Shown here in pieces: positions 35,083 to 44,444 of a stretch of 64,000 nucleotides of DNA. The notes under the pieces are model-generated. The model was not told the DNA's origin, ran no database searches, and saw only the letters and a program-made list of their open reading frames with translations. How positions within the stretch are numbered: the stretch's first letter is position 1; each line of letters starts with the position of its first letter. Both the position numbers and the translations under genes were made by a program. The DNA is from a virus (taxonomy: Duplodnaviria > Caudoviricetes). Location: positions 1 to 64,000 of the IMG/VR virus record IMGVR_UViG_3300039076_000082. One strand, 5' to 3'.

Positions 35083-35332
35083 ATATTGTGATTCTGTCAT
35101 TGAAGTACCGTTAAAGTGGGCTATTGATAATCAAAGAGTTTTTTGCAATTTCTGCTGTAAATCCTTTGACGTATCAGTTCAAAGTGCTCCAGACGAAGCC
35201 AAACAAGACCATTCTGCTGTAGAACAAGAAGTACAATCTATAGTTAACAAAGATATCGAATCAGAAGAAGCGTTATATATCGCATCCGATGAAGACGACC
35301 AATGGAACTTTTATGACGGATTACCATTTTAG
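35060..35332 (+). CDS. Zn-ribbon protein with acidic tail ending DGLPF
   Basis: CKYC...CNFC; D/E-rich C-terminus. Confidence 0.65.
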   Translation: MNIQLKCKYCDSVIEVPLKWAIDNQRVFCNFCCKSFDVSVQSAPDEAKQDHSAVEQEVQSIVNKDIESEEALYIASDEDDQWNFYDGLPF

Positions 35333-35338
35333 GAGATT

Positions 35339-35803
35339 ATGAATAAAGTAATACTATTTCCCGAATATAAAAACGAAGCTATAGTAAAACCTTTTCTGTA
35401 CGATCTTTATAGCGATAAGAAACTTGCGACCACTTACTTCAACAATATTACTAGACCTAATAATGAAACTGAAGCTAGACAGTATGTTGACGATATACTA
35501 AGTTGGCAAGCTTATAAAGGCTACATCATACTATACGAAGGTATAATGGTAGGAGAAGTTGGTTACTTAGCTAACAGTCCCAATCCATTAAACGTAGTAA
35601 TCAGAGAACAGTTCCAAGGTAAAGGAATAGCTAAAGAAGCCATTAAACAAATAATGGCGCTTTACCCAAATAAAACATTTACAGCTACTATTCTATCTGA
35701 TAATATAGCTTCTATAAGCTTGTTTAAAAGCTTAGGGTTTGTTAAAACCGGAAGAGACGATTACTATCAACTGGATATCTACGAGTATAATTATGAGCTA
35801 TAA
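35339..35803 (+). CDS. GNAT acetyltransferase (RimJ/RimL-like)
   Basis: FQGKGIA (Q/RxxGxG/A), DNIASISLFKSLGF. Confidence 0.88.
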   Translation: MNKVILFPEYKNEAIVKPFLYDLYSDKKLATTYFNNITRPNNETEARQYVDDILSWQAYKGYIILYEGIMVGEVGYLANSPNPLNVVIREQFQGKGIAKEAIKQIMALYPNKTFTATILSDNIASISLFKSLGFVKTGRDDYYQLDIYEYNYEL

Positions 35804-36434
35804 ATTAATTTTAGGTGATTGTTTACAAGAAATTGATAAATTAGCATCAGTAGACCATGTTCTAACTAGTCCTCCCTATAACAGGAAAAGAAACGACAAA
35901 TATTTACATTTTAAAGATCAAAATAATAATTGGTATGAAATGAATAAGCAAGTAATTACTAAACTACTAGCTATAACAAAGGGTTATATATTCTACAACA
36001 TTCAAGCTAATTATTACAATAGAGCTGACGTTTATCGTTTAATTGGTGATTTTGCTAATGAAATTAAAGAAATCATAATTTGGGAAAAATCTAACCCTAT
36101 GCCAGCTTCAGGTAATAGTATTACTAATTCTGTAGAATATTTTTTAGTTTTAGGTAACAAACCACTAAAATCCAATAAAACTTATACTAAAAATATCATA
36201 ACTACCTCAGTTAATTCTAATATGCCAAAAATACATAAAGCTGTCATGAAGCAAGAAGTATCTGATTATTTTATTAATAACTTTACCCAAGAAGGTGAGA
36301 CGGTGCTAGACTGTTTTAGTGGTTTAGCTACTACTGGTGTAAGTTGTCTAAAGAATAATAGAAATTATATAGGTATAGAATTAGAAGAAGTTTACTATAA
36401 CGAGTCAATTAAAATATTGGAGAAATTGTCATGA
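35793..36434 (+). CDS. Beta-class amino DNA methyltransferase (probably N4-cytosine)
   Basis: LTSPPYN (motif IV) before VLDCFSG..TTG (motif I); IGIEL; start ATG 35793. Confidence 0.9.
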   Translation: MSYKLILGDCLQEIDKLASVDHVLTSPPYNRKRNDKYLHFKDQNNNWYEMNKQVITKLLAITKGYIFYNIQANYYNRADVYRLIGDFANEIKEIIIWEKSNPMPASGNSITNSVEYFLVLGNKPLKSNKTYTKNIITTSVNSNMPKIHKAVMKQEVSDYFINNFTQEGETVLDCFSGLATTGVSCLKNNRNYIGIELEEVYYNESIKILEKLS

Positions 36435-36524
36435 TTGGTTTGGAACAAATAGGACTCATTATCGGATTAGGATTTGTAATAGCTTTACCTATTGCTACGT
36501 TGCTAATTCTTAGGAGTAAATACG

Positions 36525-37403
36525 GTGGAAAATAAGTACTTAGAAAAAGGACAATCTCTCATATTACCATTTGGTATATTTACTGCTCCTATTTCTGGAA
36601 ATTACTCTATACATGAAGATTCTTGTTTATACAATCCTTCTTATATAAATATTTTTAATATAGTAAAAAGTAGCATTACAATAGATAGCAGTAAACTTGA
36701 AGGCTACTATACTAGTATTCCTAAACAACTAGACCAAGTACTTGAATACGTGAAAGATCGTTATAAACTTAACAATGATACTGCTAATAAACTCTATATA
36801 GCTGGTGGAGCGATTCGTAGTTTAATTTTAAACGAAGAAGTCAAAGATTACGATATCTTTATTGAGAATGACGAAGTAAAAACGCTTCTACTAGAAGAAT
36901 CTAAAACCAAATGTAATGGTTCTTATATCTCAGATAACGCTATTACTTTATACTCTCCTTATGGTCAGATTCAAATTATTACGACTAAAACTGGCTTTCC
37001 TTGGGAAGTAATTGATGAGTTTGACTTTGTAATGAATCAGAACTACTACTGTCCTAATCTAACAGTAGCAGGAGTTTGTGATGGGTTGTATATTGCCGAT
37101 ATTGATACTGTAATGAGTAAGAAGCTCAAGATAAATAAACATTGTCGTAACAAGCTCGGAACACTAGCTAGATTAGCTAAGTTTTTAGAACGTGGCTACT
37201 TACCTCCAAATAAGTTGGACTTAGTAGAGTTAGGAATAGCTATTTCAAAACTTAATCCAATTACTACCTTGACAGAATTAGCTTCCGAGAGTAAATTGTA
37301 CTTGAATGCGGAAGAAGTTTCAGGTCTATGTGATGGGACTACTTTAGCATTTTGTAGTGACGAAGAGATAGATAGTTTAAATAATAGAGGGAGTGGGTTA
37401 TGA
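36525..37403 (+). CDS. CCA-adding/poly(A)-polymerase-head-like nucleotidyltransferase
   Basis: IAGGAIRSLIL..VKDYDIF; IQII; FDF; R..KF..RGY. Confidence 0.75.
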   Translation: MENKYLEKGQSLILPFGIFTAPISGNYSIHEDSCLYNPSYINIFNIVKSSITIDSSKLEGYYTSIPKQLDQVLEYVKDRYKLNNDTANKLYIAGGAIRSLILNEEVKDYDIFIENDEVKTLLLEESKTKCNGSYISDNAITLYSPYGQIQIITTKTGFPWEVIDEFDFVMNQNYYCPNLTVAGVCDGLYIADIDTVMSKKLKINKHCRNKLGTLARLAKFLERGYLPPNKLDLVELGIAISKLNPITTLTELASESKLYLNAEEVSGLCDGTTLAFCSDEEIDSLNNRGSGL

Positions 37404-37569
37404 AGTATGAGATATCTGTTCATAAATATAAGTACTCTCAAAGCAGTAGACGTAATATTTTAAAAAAGCTATCAAACCAAGGTTTTATAAATTATATAGG
37501 TCAAAATAAAACACACTACTATTATACAATAACTTCAGAAGTTGGAATGACCGAATATAGGAAGAGGAA

Positions 37570-38229
37570 ATGAATAGCGAAAAGAAACTAATTATTAGCT
37601 TAACTGGTGCCAAGAAATCAGGTAAATCTACAGCTGGTGAGATTCTGTCTTACATGTTCCCAGATGCTAAAGTTACAGCAATTGCTGGAAAACTTAAACA
37701 AGCTTGCTCAAATGCATACGATTTAGAGCCTATCTTTTTCGAGTCTCAGGAGCTAAAAGAAACAAATCTAATCTACCCCATTAAGACTGACGTATTGAAG
37801 CTATGCGAGCTTATTAACAGCTTTAAAGTTAATAAAAAAGCTATCAAGATTGACAGTAATCTATTGGAAGAGTTTGCTACTTATAAAATGCAGAATCCTC
37901 GCCATATTATGCAACAAGTCGGTATGTTAATTCGTAACCTGTTCGGTAGCGATATCCACATGAAACACTTGGACCTGTCCCATGACGTAACTATCGTAAC
38001 TGATGTTAGGTTTAAGAATGAGTTTGATTGGCTAAATAAGAGGAAAGATGCTATTCATTTACCGCTATACGTTAAGAATGATCTAGTTGAAAATTCAGGA
38101 GATCTCCATATTTCTGAACAAGAGTACTTGACATTTAAAGATAAGTGTGTAACTATCGACAATAGTAAATTGGATATCATGGACTTCTCTGAACAAATTG
38201 AAGACGTTATTTTTAGTAGGTTTAGCTAG
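37570..38229 (+). CDS. Deoxynucleoside monophosphate kinase (T4 gp1-like)
   Basis: LTGAKKSGKST, R..MQQVG, TDVRF.NE. Confidence 0.88.
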   Translation: MNSEKKLIISLTGAKKSGKSTAGEILSYMFPDAKVTAIAGKLKQACSNAYDLEPIFFESQELKETNLIYPIKTDVLKLCELINSFKVNKKAIKIDSNLLEEFATYKMQNPRHIMQQVGMLIRNLFGSDIHMKHLDLSHDVTIVTDVRFKNEFDWLNKRKDAIHLPLYVKNDLVENSGDLHISEQEYLTFKDKCVTIDNSKLDIMDFSEQIEDVIFSRFS

Positions 38230-38639
38230 TGACTTATAGAACAGAAGAAACTGACGAAATTAGATTAATACAAGAAATTGCTTACAAGGGTAGAACTATC
38301 CTTACTTGGTATAACCAGACTAAGAAGCTATTTAGTTTAACTATCTTTAACTATAGAGATCAACCTAATATTGTAGCTAAGTTATCTACATTAACTAATT
38401 GGGGATATCCTACTTATCACGGTGAAGAGTCAGAAGATCATGCTGAAGGTGCTGAAATATCAGCTTTATTTATTGAAGATTTATTGAAAGAGAATTACTG
38501 GTGGGAAAATGATGCTAACTTTTTTATCCCAGAAGAGACTTGGAAGCTATTAGAAGAAGTTACAGGTGAAGTTAGAGGAGTTCAAGAGGACTTGACAATT
38601 AAGCGACCTAAGCTTACACTTATTAAGAACGAGGAGTAG
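38229..38639 (+). CDS. Hypothetical protein
   Basis: 136 aa, GTG start. Confidence 0.65.
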   Translation: MTYRTEETDEIRLIQEIAYKGRTILTWYNQTKKLFSLTIFNYRDQPNIVAKLSTLTNWGYPTYHGEESEDHAEGAEISALFIEDLLKENYWWENDANFFIPEETWKLLEEVTGEVRGVQEDLTIKRPKLTLIKNEE

Positions 38640-38641
38640 TT

Positions 38642-38833
38642 ATGGATTATGGATCGGTTTATTATAGCGAAGTTTTAGATAGAATTGTAATAGTTACTAC
38701 TGGTATAAGCAATGACATGGTAGTAAAAGGTATTAGTAAATCAAATCAAACATTCCAAGTATCGTCTTTTGATAAAGATAAAGTTTCAGATGAGTTATTG
38801 AAAAAAGATTATGAACTTATTGGATACTTATAG
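38642..38833 (+). CDS. Hypothetical protein
   Basis: GAGGAG SD. Confidence 0.55.
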   Translation: MDYGSVYYSEVLDRIVIVTTGISNDMVVKGISKSNQTFQVSSFDKDKVSDELLKKDYELIGYL

Positions 38834-38841
38834 GTGATGAT

Positions 38842-39285
38842 ATGAACAATTTAAGTTTTTTACAGAAAGCTATAGAAATGATGGAAAATGACTCAAGATT
38901 AGTACTTTGTGGCAGTTTAGCTTTAATCTTATCTAAGAATATACCAGATAGAGAAGTAAATGATTTAGATTTTGTCTTCATTGATGCTCCATCTAAGTTT
39001 AATTTAACTAATCATTATAAAGCAAGAGAAGATCATATTTATGAACAAGAAGGTTATGTTTGCTACAAAACGTATGTTTCTCCTCATGGAAATCATGCCA
39101 ACATTTTTGTATTTGATGATCATAAGTCAATTTTAATTGAAGAATTGACTATATTTGGTAAAACTATTCTTATTCAAAATCCAGAACAAATGTTACAATA
39201 TAAAAAATTATACGATAGACCAAAAGATAGAAAAGATTTAGGTATTGAAGAAAAAGTTTTTACTTCAGATGATATCCCATTTTAG
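38842..39285 (+). CDS. Minimal nucleotidyltransferase (GS...DxD; RxKD..D) with DDIPF tail
   Basis: LCGSLAL...VNDLDFV...DRPKDRKDL...SDDIPF. Confidence 0.75.
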   Translation: MNNLSFLQKAIEMMENDSRLVLCGSLALILSKNIPDREVNDLDFVFIDAPSKFNLTNHYKAREDHIYEQEGYVCYKTYVSPHGNHANIFVFDDHKSILIEELTIFGKTILIQNPEQMLQYKKLYDRPKDRKDLGIEEKVFTSDDIPF

Positions 39286-39293
39286 GAACAACT

Positions 39294-39527
39294 ATGACGC
39301 AACAACAAAAACCCTCACTAACTGATACAATCAAAGAATGGGGTAGTATTATCCTCTCAGGATTAGGAATTGTATTCCTTCTGACTCTGCTAAGAAAAGA
39401 CAACGGTAGCGAGATTCAAGGCTTAAAATCAGATATCAAAGATGTTGAGGACAATATTAAGGACATTGAGCTAAGTGATCCTAGTATCGATGAGATTATT
39501 AACAGATGGAACAATAGGAATAAGTAA
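39294..39527 (+). CDS. Single-pass membrane coiled-coil protein
   Basis: N-terminal TM then heptads. Confidence 0.6.
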   Translation: MTQQQKPSLTDTIKEWGSIILSGLGIVFLLTLLRKDNGSEIQGLKSDIKDVEDNIKDIELSDPSIDEIINRWNNRNK

Positions 39528-39688
39528 ATGACTTTTATTTTATTTGGTATATTACAGTTACCACCAAAGACATTCAACTATTTCGTAAGATACAATACAG
39601 TAAAAGAGTGTGTAGATGCTCGTAAATCCTTAGAACGTAAATATGGATTTCATAATTTTTCTGGATTTTGTGCAATAGAGGTAGTAGA

Positions 39689-39859
39689 ATGAAATTAGGC
39701 GTATATATTGAACCAAATGGGAGACTTTTAGAAGTAGACCGATGGAGTGGTTATTATTATGTTTATGATAGACAAAAACTTGTAATAATTGTTTTTCACA
39801 ATAGAGAAAAAGAATGGGAACATTATTTAAAAATTTGTAAATATAAAGGTAAGCTATGA
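39689..39859 (+). CDS. Hypothetical protein
   Basis: GAGG SD before ATG 39689. Confidence 0.45.
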   Translation: MKLGVYIEPNGRLLEVDRWSGYYYVYDRQKLVIIVFHNREKEWEHYLKICKYKGKL

Positions 39860-40170
39860 AAACTATATTAATATTTCTACTAACAACCAATTTAGTATTT
39901 GCTCAAGATGCTGTTATCATTAAAAAAGGTCAGAAAAGTCCTATTGATGGAGTAGTAATTACAGAAAATCTTGCAAAAGAGCTTGACAAGAGTTCTCGAC
40001 TTGTGGTAGAGTACCAAGAATTAGGTAGACTCAACAAAGAGCTTATCGAAAAACAACAACAGAAAATTGACCATCTTGAACAAAAAGAAACAATCAATAT
40101 ATTTAAAAACATTGGCTACTTCATCCTTGGTGGTGCAGTTGTCGCTTTATCAGTAAAGGCATCTAAATGA
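39856..40170 (+). CDS. Signal peptide + coiled coil + C-terminal TM protein
   Basis: MKTILIFLLTTNLVFA-Q; C-terminal hydrophobic helix. Confidence 0.65.
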   Translation: MKTILIFLLTTNLVFAQDAVIIKKGQKSPIDGVVITENLAKELDKSSRLVVEYQELGRLNKELIEKQQQKIDHLEQKETINIFKNIGYFILGGAVVALSVKASK

Positions 40171-41489
40171 AAAATTATGTCATTTCAAGCTATATCCCAA
40201 ATACGCATATTGATGATAAGTTTGTCAGAGTATTAAATAATTTTACAAAACATACTGACTCTGAGTTTAAGTTACTGCAATGTAAAGAGAATTATAATAA
40301 AGATCATGAAATGCCATTAGAATTGGCTATTATTGAAGAGTTTGGTAGTGTTATTAGTACAAAATCTTTTAACTTAGGTAAACATCTCCATGTATCTGAT
40401 TTTAGAATAAGTATAAATACTATCGATCCTATTTCTGGAATGGAATCATTTGCTTCCAAGCATGGTTGTATGATATTACCGTTTCCACGCCATAGATTTA
40501 AGACTGTACCTAGAATGTTAAAAGAGTCACAAACGCCTAGAGCTATTTGGTGTACTGGTACTATTTCAGAAAATGATAGTTATAAGAATAACAAGTCTGG
40601 AACTAGAATGAAAGACTATCATGTAAAAGGTGCTTTATTCGTACAATTAGATGAAAAAACTGGTAGATTCTCAATTAGACAGCTTCAATTTGATGGTCAA
40701 GGGTTTTACGATTTAGATAAATATTATACTGAATCATCTGTGAAGACCGTAAGACCTTTAGCTATTTCTTGTGGAGACGACCACGCTTTATTTCAATCTC
40801 CTATTGCCATGAAGAAAACAGAAGAGTTTATAAACCAAGTAAAGCCTCTTAATATCTTTAGACATGACACTTTGGACTTTGGTACAGCAGGTTCTCACCA
40901 TTTGATCGGTAAACATTTAACTAAATCTAAACTCCCAATGACTTTAGAAGAAGAGTTAAAGTTAACTTCAGATACTATTGCTCGTTTTGAAAAGCTTTTT
41001 CCATTTGCTAAACAATATATGGTAGCAAGTAACCATCCTGAGCACTTAGATCGATACTTAGATGAAGCTAGATACTATGATGATTACCCAAATCACATTA
41101 TCGGTTTAGAGTTAGCACTAGCTAAAGCGCAAGGTAAAAATGTATATCAATACTCTATGGAAAAATATAATAAGCTAAATAATACTACATTTTGCTCAAG
41201 AAAAAGTAGTCTAAAATTAGCAGGTGTAGAATTGTTAGATCATGGAGATGAAGGCTCGAATGGAGCTAAAGCTACCCCTAAAGAAAAAGGTATTGTTTAC
41301 TCAGGTAAGTCCATTACAGGACATACTCACTCACCAGAAATTGGTGTATTTGGTAATTTTGTAAACGGTACTCTTACTCATTTAAGTCTACCATATACTA
41401 AAGATTCAGGTAGTAGTTCTTGGTTGTGGACAAATACATTACTTTATCCTAATGGTAAAATGACCCATATTCATATTATACCGGAGTAG
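40167..41489 (+). CDS. A1: T5 A1-like metallophosphoesterase-fold nuclease
   Basis: TGTIS..Y...K.G...YH..GAL.V...RQL; GDDH, HD, SHH, SNH.EHL.R, HGD.G.NG, GHTHSP, SSW...YPNG. Confidence 0.8.
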   Translation: MKNYVISSYIPNTHIDDKFVRVLNNFTKHTDSEFKLLQCKENYNKDHEMPLELAIIEEFGSVISTKSFNLGKHLHVSDFRISINTIDPISGMESFASKHGCMILPFPRHRFKTVPRMLKESQTPRAIWCTGTISENDSYKNNKSGTRMKDYHVKGALFVQLDEKTGRFSIRQLQFDGQGFYDLDKYYTESSVKTVRPLAISCGDDHALFQSPIAMKKTEEFINQVKPLNIFRHDTLDFGTAGSHHLIGKHLTKSKLPMTLEEELKLTSDTIARFEKLFPFAKQYMVASNHPEHLDRYLDEARYYDDYPNHIIGLELALAKAQGKNVYQYSMEKYNKLNNTTFCSRKSSLKLAGVELLDHGDEGSNGAKATPKEKGIVYSGKSITGHTHSPEIGVFGNFVNGTLTHLSLPYTKDSGSSSWLWTNTLLYPNGKMTHIHIIPE

Positions 41490-41499
41490 AAGTATTAAA

Positions 41500-42303
41500 T
41501 TGTGTTTAAGGTGTCATATTTACAAGAAAGAAACAGATTTTGGATTTAAAAGTAGTGCCGGTAAAGGTAATGTTTGTAGAGGGTGCTGGTCTAATAATCC
41601 TTATAAAGAAATATCTGAAGAAAAGTTTACTTTCATAAAGCATTGTAAAAAATGTAACAAGTATTATCCTAGAACTTTAGAGTTTTTCTTTAAAAAATTA
41701 AAGGCTATAGCAAATGATTGTAAAAAGTGTTCATTGACTAGAAATCATTCATATTACAAAAACAATTCTAAAACTATTTTAAAACAGAAACAAAAATATT
41801 ATATTGACAATTTACCAAAAATTACAAAATATAAGCGTAAATATAACAATACAGAAATGGCTAGAATTCGTTATAAAAAATTATATCAAAAAAGAATTAA
41901 TTGTCCAATAGAATACTTAAAAAAGAATATTTCATCTAGAATAGTAAATGTGTTAAAATCTAAGGGGAAGAAGAAGTTGAAACTTACGGAAGAGATTCTG
42001 GGTTGCAACAGATTTCAGTTTTATGAATACCTGAAAAATACATTTGAGACTAATTATGCGATAAAATGGAACGAAAGCTATATAAAATTACTGAATATTG
42101 ATCATATCAATCCAATTTCGCTAGCAATGAATGAAAAAGAGGTATATGAATTAAATCATTACACTAATTTACAATTCTTATACAAAAGAGACAACCTTCA
42201 AAAGAATAATAACTTAGATTGGAAATTAGACTTGACAAAAACTAAATTGTTTGATAATATTAAAAAACTTAACCTACCTATAGAGATTATATCTAATGTC
42301 TGA
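41500..42303 (+). CDS. HNH-type endonuclease with CxxC repeats
   Basis: Multiple CxxC; NIDHINP...HYTNLQ.L...NL.K; TTG start. Confidence 0.75.
   Translation: MCLRCHIYKKETDFGFKSSAGKGNVCRGCWSNNPYKEISEEKFTFIKHCKKCNKYYPRTLEFFFKKLKAIANDCKKCSLTRNHSYYKNNSKTILKQKQKYYIDNLPKITKYKRKYNNTEMARIRYKKLYQKRINCPIEYLKKNISSRIVNVLKSKGKKKLKLTEEILGCNRFQFYEYLKNTFETNYAIKWNESYIKLLNIDHINPISLAMNEKEVYELNHYTNLQFLYKRDNLQKNNNLDWKLDLTKTKLFDNIKKLNLPIEIISNV
42232..42260 (+). promoter_or_regulatory. Promoter for clpP inside the upstream HNH gene
   Basis: TTGACA-17-TAATAT. Confidence 0.65.
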
Positions 42304-42874
42304 AAAAACAGCTAAACGTCTTAACATAGACAATATTACTACATTTCTTGAAGACGGTATCGATATTGACAATCGCAAAGTTCAAATATTTCAAGATATT
42401 GACCAAAAACTATCAGCTAAAGTTATCAGCGGTATCCAACTAATGTTAGCTAAAAATAAAGAAAATCCTATCGATATTTATATCAACTCGTTTGGTGGCG
42501 ATATCTATTCGGGGTTTGGTTTATACGACTTTATCAGCTTATTAGACGTTCAAATAACGATCACAGTAGTTGGTTGTGCCATGAGTGCTGCTAGTGTCGT
42601 CCTAATGGCAGGAGACGTTCGTAAAATGACTAAAAACTCTCGTTTAATGTTACATACTACTAGCGGAGGCGTGGAAGGTAAGAGTTATGAGATCATTACC
42701 GATGGAGAAGAACACAAAGTGCTTCATAACCAAATGTGTGAGTTATATGGAGATCGATCTAAAGTAACTAGTAAACAATGGAAAAAAGACTTAGAATATG
42801 TTGATAAATTTTACAGCGCTAAAAAAGCATTAGAATTAGGTCTAATTGACGAAATTCTTGAACAAAACTCTTGA
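42296..42874 (+). CDS. clpP: ClpP-family serine protease
   Basis: IDIYINSFGG, GCAMSAAS (Ser), RLMLHT (His). Confidence 0.9.
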   Translation: MSEKTAKRLNIDNITTFLEDGIDIDNRKVQIFQDIDQKLSAKVISGIQLMLAKNKENPIDIYINSFGGDIYSGFGLYDFISLLDVQITITVVGCAMSAASVVLMAGDVRKMTKNSRLMLHTTSGGVEGKSYEIITDGEEHKVLHNQMCELYGDRSKVTSKQWKKDLEYVDKFYSAKKALELGLIDEILEQNS

Positions 42875-42917
42875 CAATGATAAAAAACTAATGTACTAAT
42901 AGTATTTAGGAGTAATT

Positions 42918-43457
42918 ATGTTAAAAATAGTAGACGAAAGTAATGACTTAGAGTTTTCAATTGACGACTTCTCAGTTTCACCTGTAGAAAATGTAGTAGA
43001 TTACAATAAAGCTAATGACTTAGCGGAAGACGAAATTATTGACTACTATCCTACCCATACATTTCTTAATCCGTTTAGTAGAAACTCAGTAATTGAGCTT
43101 AAAACGCCTAATAGAGAGCGATACTCTTATATCATTTCTCCACCAAATGAAATCGCTAAAGTTGGAGAACTACTCGGTAACAATCAAGTAAATATTGCAA
43201 TGTGGGATTCTTACCCATCTGTTATTAAAAACGTATCTATCAATGATATCACACTATCTAGAAACAACTTATTAAAGGTAAAATTGGCTTATTTTACAAT
43301 TAAAGTCATTAGAGCTATTATCCCTAACTGGTATATTCAAAAGCCGTTAAAAGCCCACTATTCCACTTATATTGACCGATTAAAGATTAAAAAGAAGACA
43401 ATATTTTCAAGATTAGTATTGTTTATTGACTCAAAGATTTCAAATGGCAAGCAGTAA
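42918..43457 (+). CDS. Hypothetical protein
   Basis: AGGAG SD, 179 aa. Confidence 0.7.
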   Translation: MLKIVDESNDLEFSIDDFSVSPVENVVDYNKANDLAEDEIIDYYPTHTFLNPFSRNSVIELKTPNRERYSYIISPPNEIAKVGELLGNNQVNIAMWDSYPSVIKNVSINDITLSRNNLLKVKLAYFTIKVIRAIIPNWYIQKPLKAHYSTYIDRLKIKKKTIFSRLVLFIDSKISNGKQ

Positions 43458-43860
43458 AAAGAAACGTATCCATATATTCAAAGCTCCACTTCATGTCGTA
43501 TTAAGTAGAGATCAAAAGCGTGGTAAGAAATTTATCATCAATCTAAACCAATACAGAAATTGGCACTATAGAACCAGCAACAGCATTAAAATTAAGTATA
43601 AAGAACTAATGAAGTCCCAGTTAGACGGAGTAAAGATCAATACCCCTCTTAAACTGACTTTTAAACTATTCAAATCTAGCAACCGTAGATCAGATAGGGC
43701 TAATGTTCTTTCCATCCATGAGAAGTTCTTTTGTGATGCTATGGTGGAGTTTAAATGTATCCCTGACGATAATGACAAATATATTGTAGAAACCAGTTAT
43801 ATTAGCGGTGGAGTAGATAGGAAGAATCCTAGAGTAGAAATCCACATTGAGGAGTTATAA
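43444..43860 (+). CDS. rusA: RusA-like Holliday junction resolvase
   Basis: RRSDRANV...KFFCDAM...IPDDN...C-terminal NPRVEIHIEE. Confidence 0.8.
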   Translation: MASSKKKRIHIFKAPLHVVLSRDQKRGKKFIINLNQYRNWHYRTSNSIKIKYKELMKSQLDGVKINTPLKLTFKLFKSSNRRSDRANVLSIHEKFFCDAMVEFKCIPDDNDKYIVETSYISGGVDRKNPRVEIHIEEL

Positions 43861-44444
43861 TGAGACATTTACTGACTGTGCTTTTTTCTCTAGCTTTATT
43901 ATCATGTACTTCAATTAGAAGTAAAGACAACGATGTAGTAGCTTTTGTTGCTAAGAACTATGTTAATAAAATTTACACAGCCGATGGAGGTCACTGTACT
44001 TCTTTTTATGCTGATGTGAACGGTAAGATTCGCCATTTGACAGCGGCTCATTGCTGTAAACAAACTATGTTTTTAGACTCAAAACCTTTAGAGTTCGTAA
44101 AAGTAGATTTCGGTAGCGATGTTTGTGAACTATCTATTGATTCTTCAATTAATAGAGGAATTAAACTAGCACTTCAGCCTTCAGAATTAACAGATATTAC
44201 TCATGTTATAGGGTTTCCTATTGACAGTGAGCTTACTATTACTTCTGGAAGAACCAATAAAACTCTTAGACGAGGATTATTTGACACATTGGTAGTAAGA
44301 ACAACTTCAGTAGTATTAGGGGGAAACTCTGGTGGACCAGTTGTTAACGATAACGGTGAACTTGTTGGGATTGTATCTCAAACTACAGGTTTTTATAACG
44401 GTCTTTTTGTCCCTACTGATATTGTTTTAGATATTATCAAATGA
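43860..44444 (+). CDS. Trypsin-like (S1) serine protease lipoprotein
   Basis: LLS-C lipobox; LTAAHC, SDVCEL, GNSGGP. Confidence 0.9.
   Translation: MRHLLTVLFSLALLSCTSIRSKDNDVVAFVAKNYVNKIYTADGGHCTSFYADVNGKIRHLTAAHCCKQTMFLDSKPLEFVKVDFGSDVCELSIDSSINRGIKLALQPSELTDITHVIGFPIDSELTITSGRTNKTLRRGLFDTLVVRTTSVVLGGNSGGPVVNDNGELVGIVSQTTGFYNGLFVPTDIVLDIIK

Noticed and set aside
3501-39890. Antisense ORFs in the track within the + strand region (3501, 4014, 7498, 10043, 14755, 15622, 16252, 18374, 18798, 19787, 21417, 21844, 25273, 26542, 28344, 29896, 34432, 37196, 39630 and similar)
   Set aside because: Overlap well-supported genes; no SD or motifs
13806-42303. Group I introns or inteins around the endonuclease genes
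   Set aside because: Upstream genes end with complete C-terminal motifs; no resumed exons or intein signatures seen
42871-42900. Promoter after clpP
   Set aside because: Perfect TTGACA but no convincing -10 at 16-18 nt spacing
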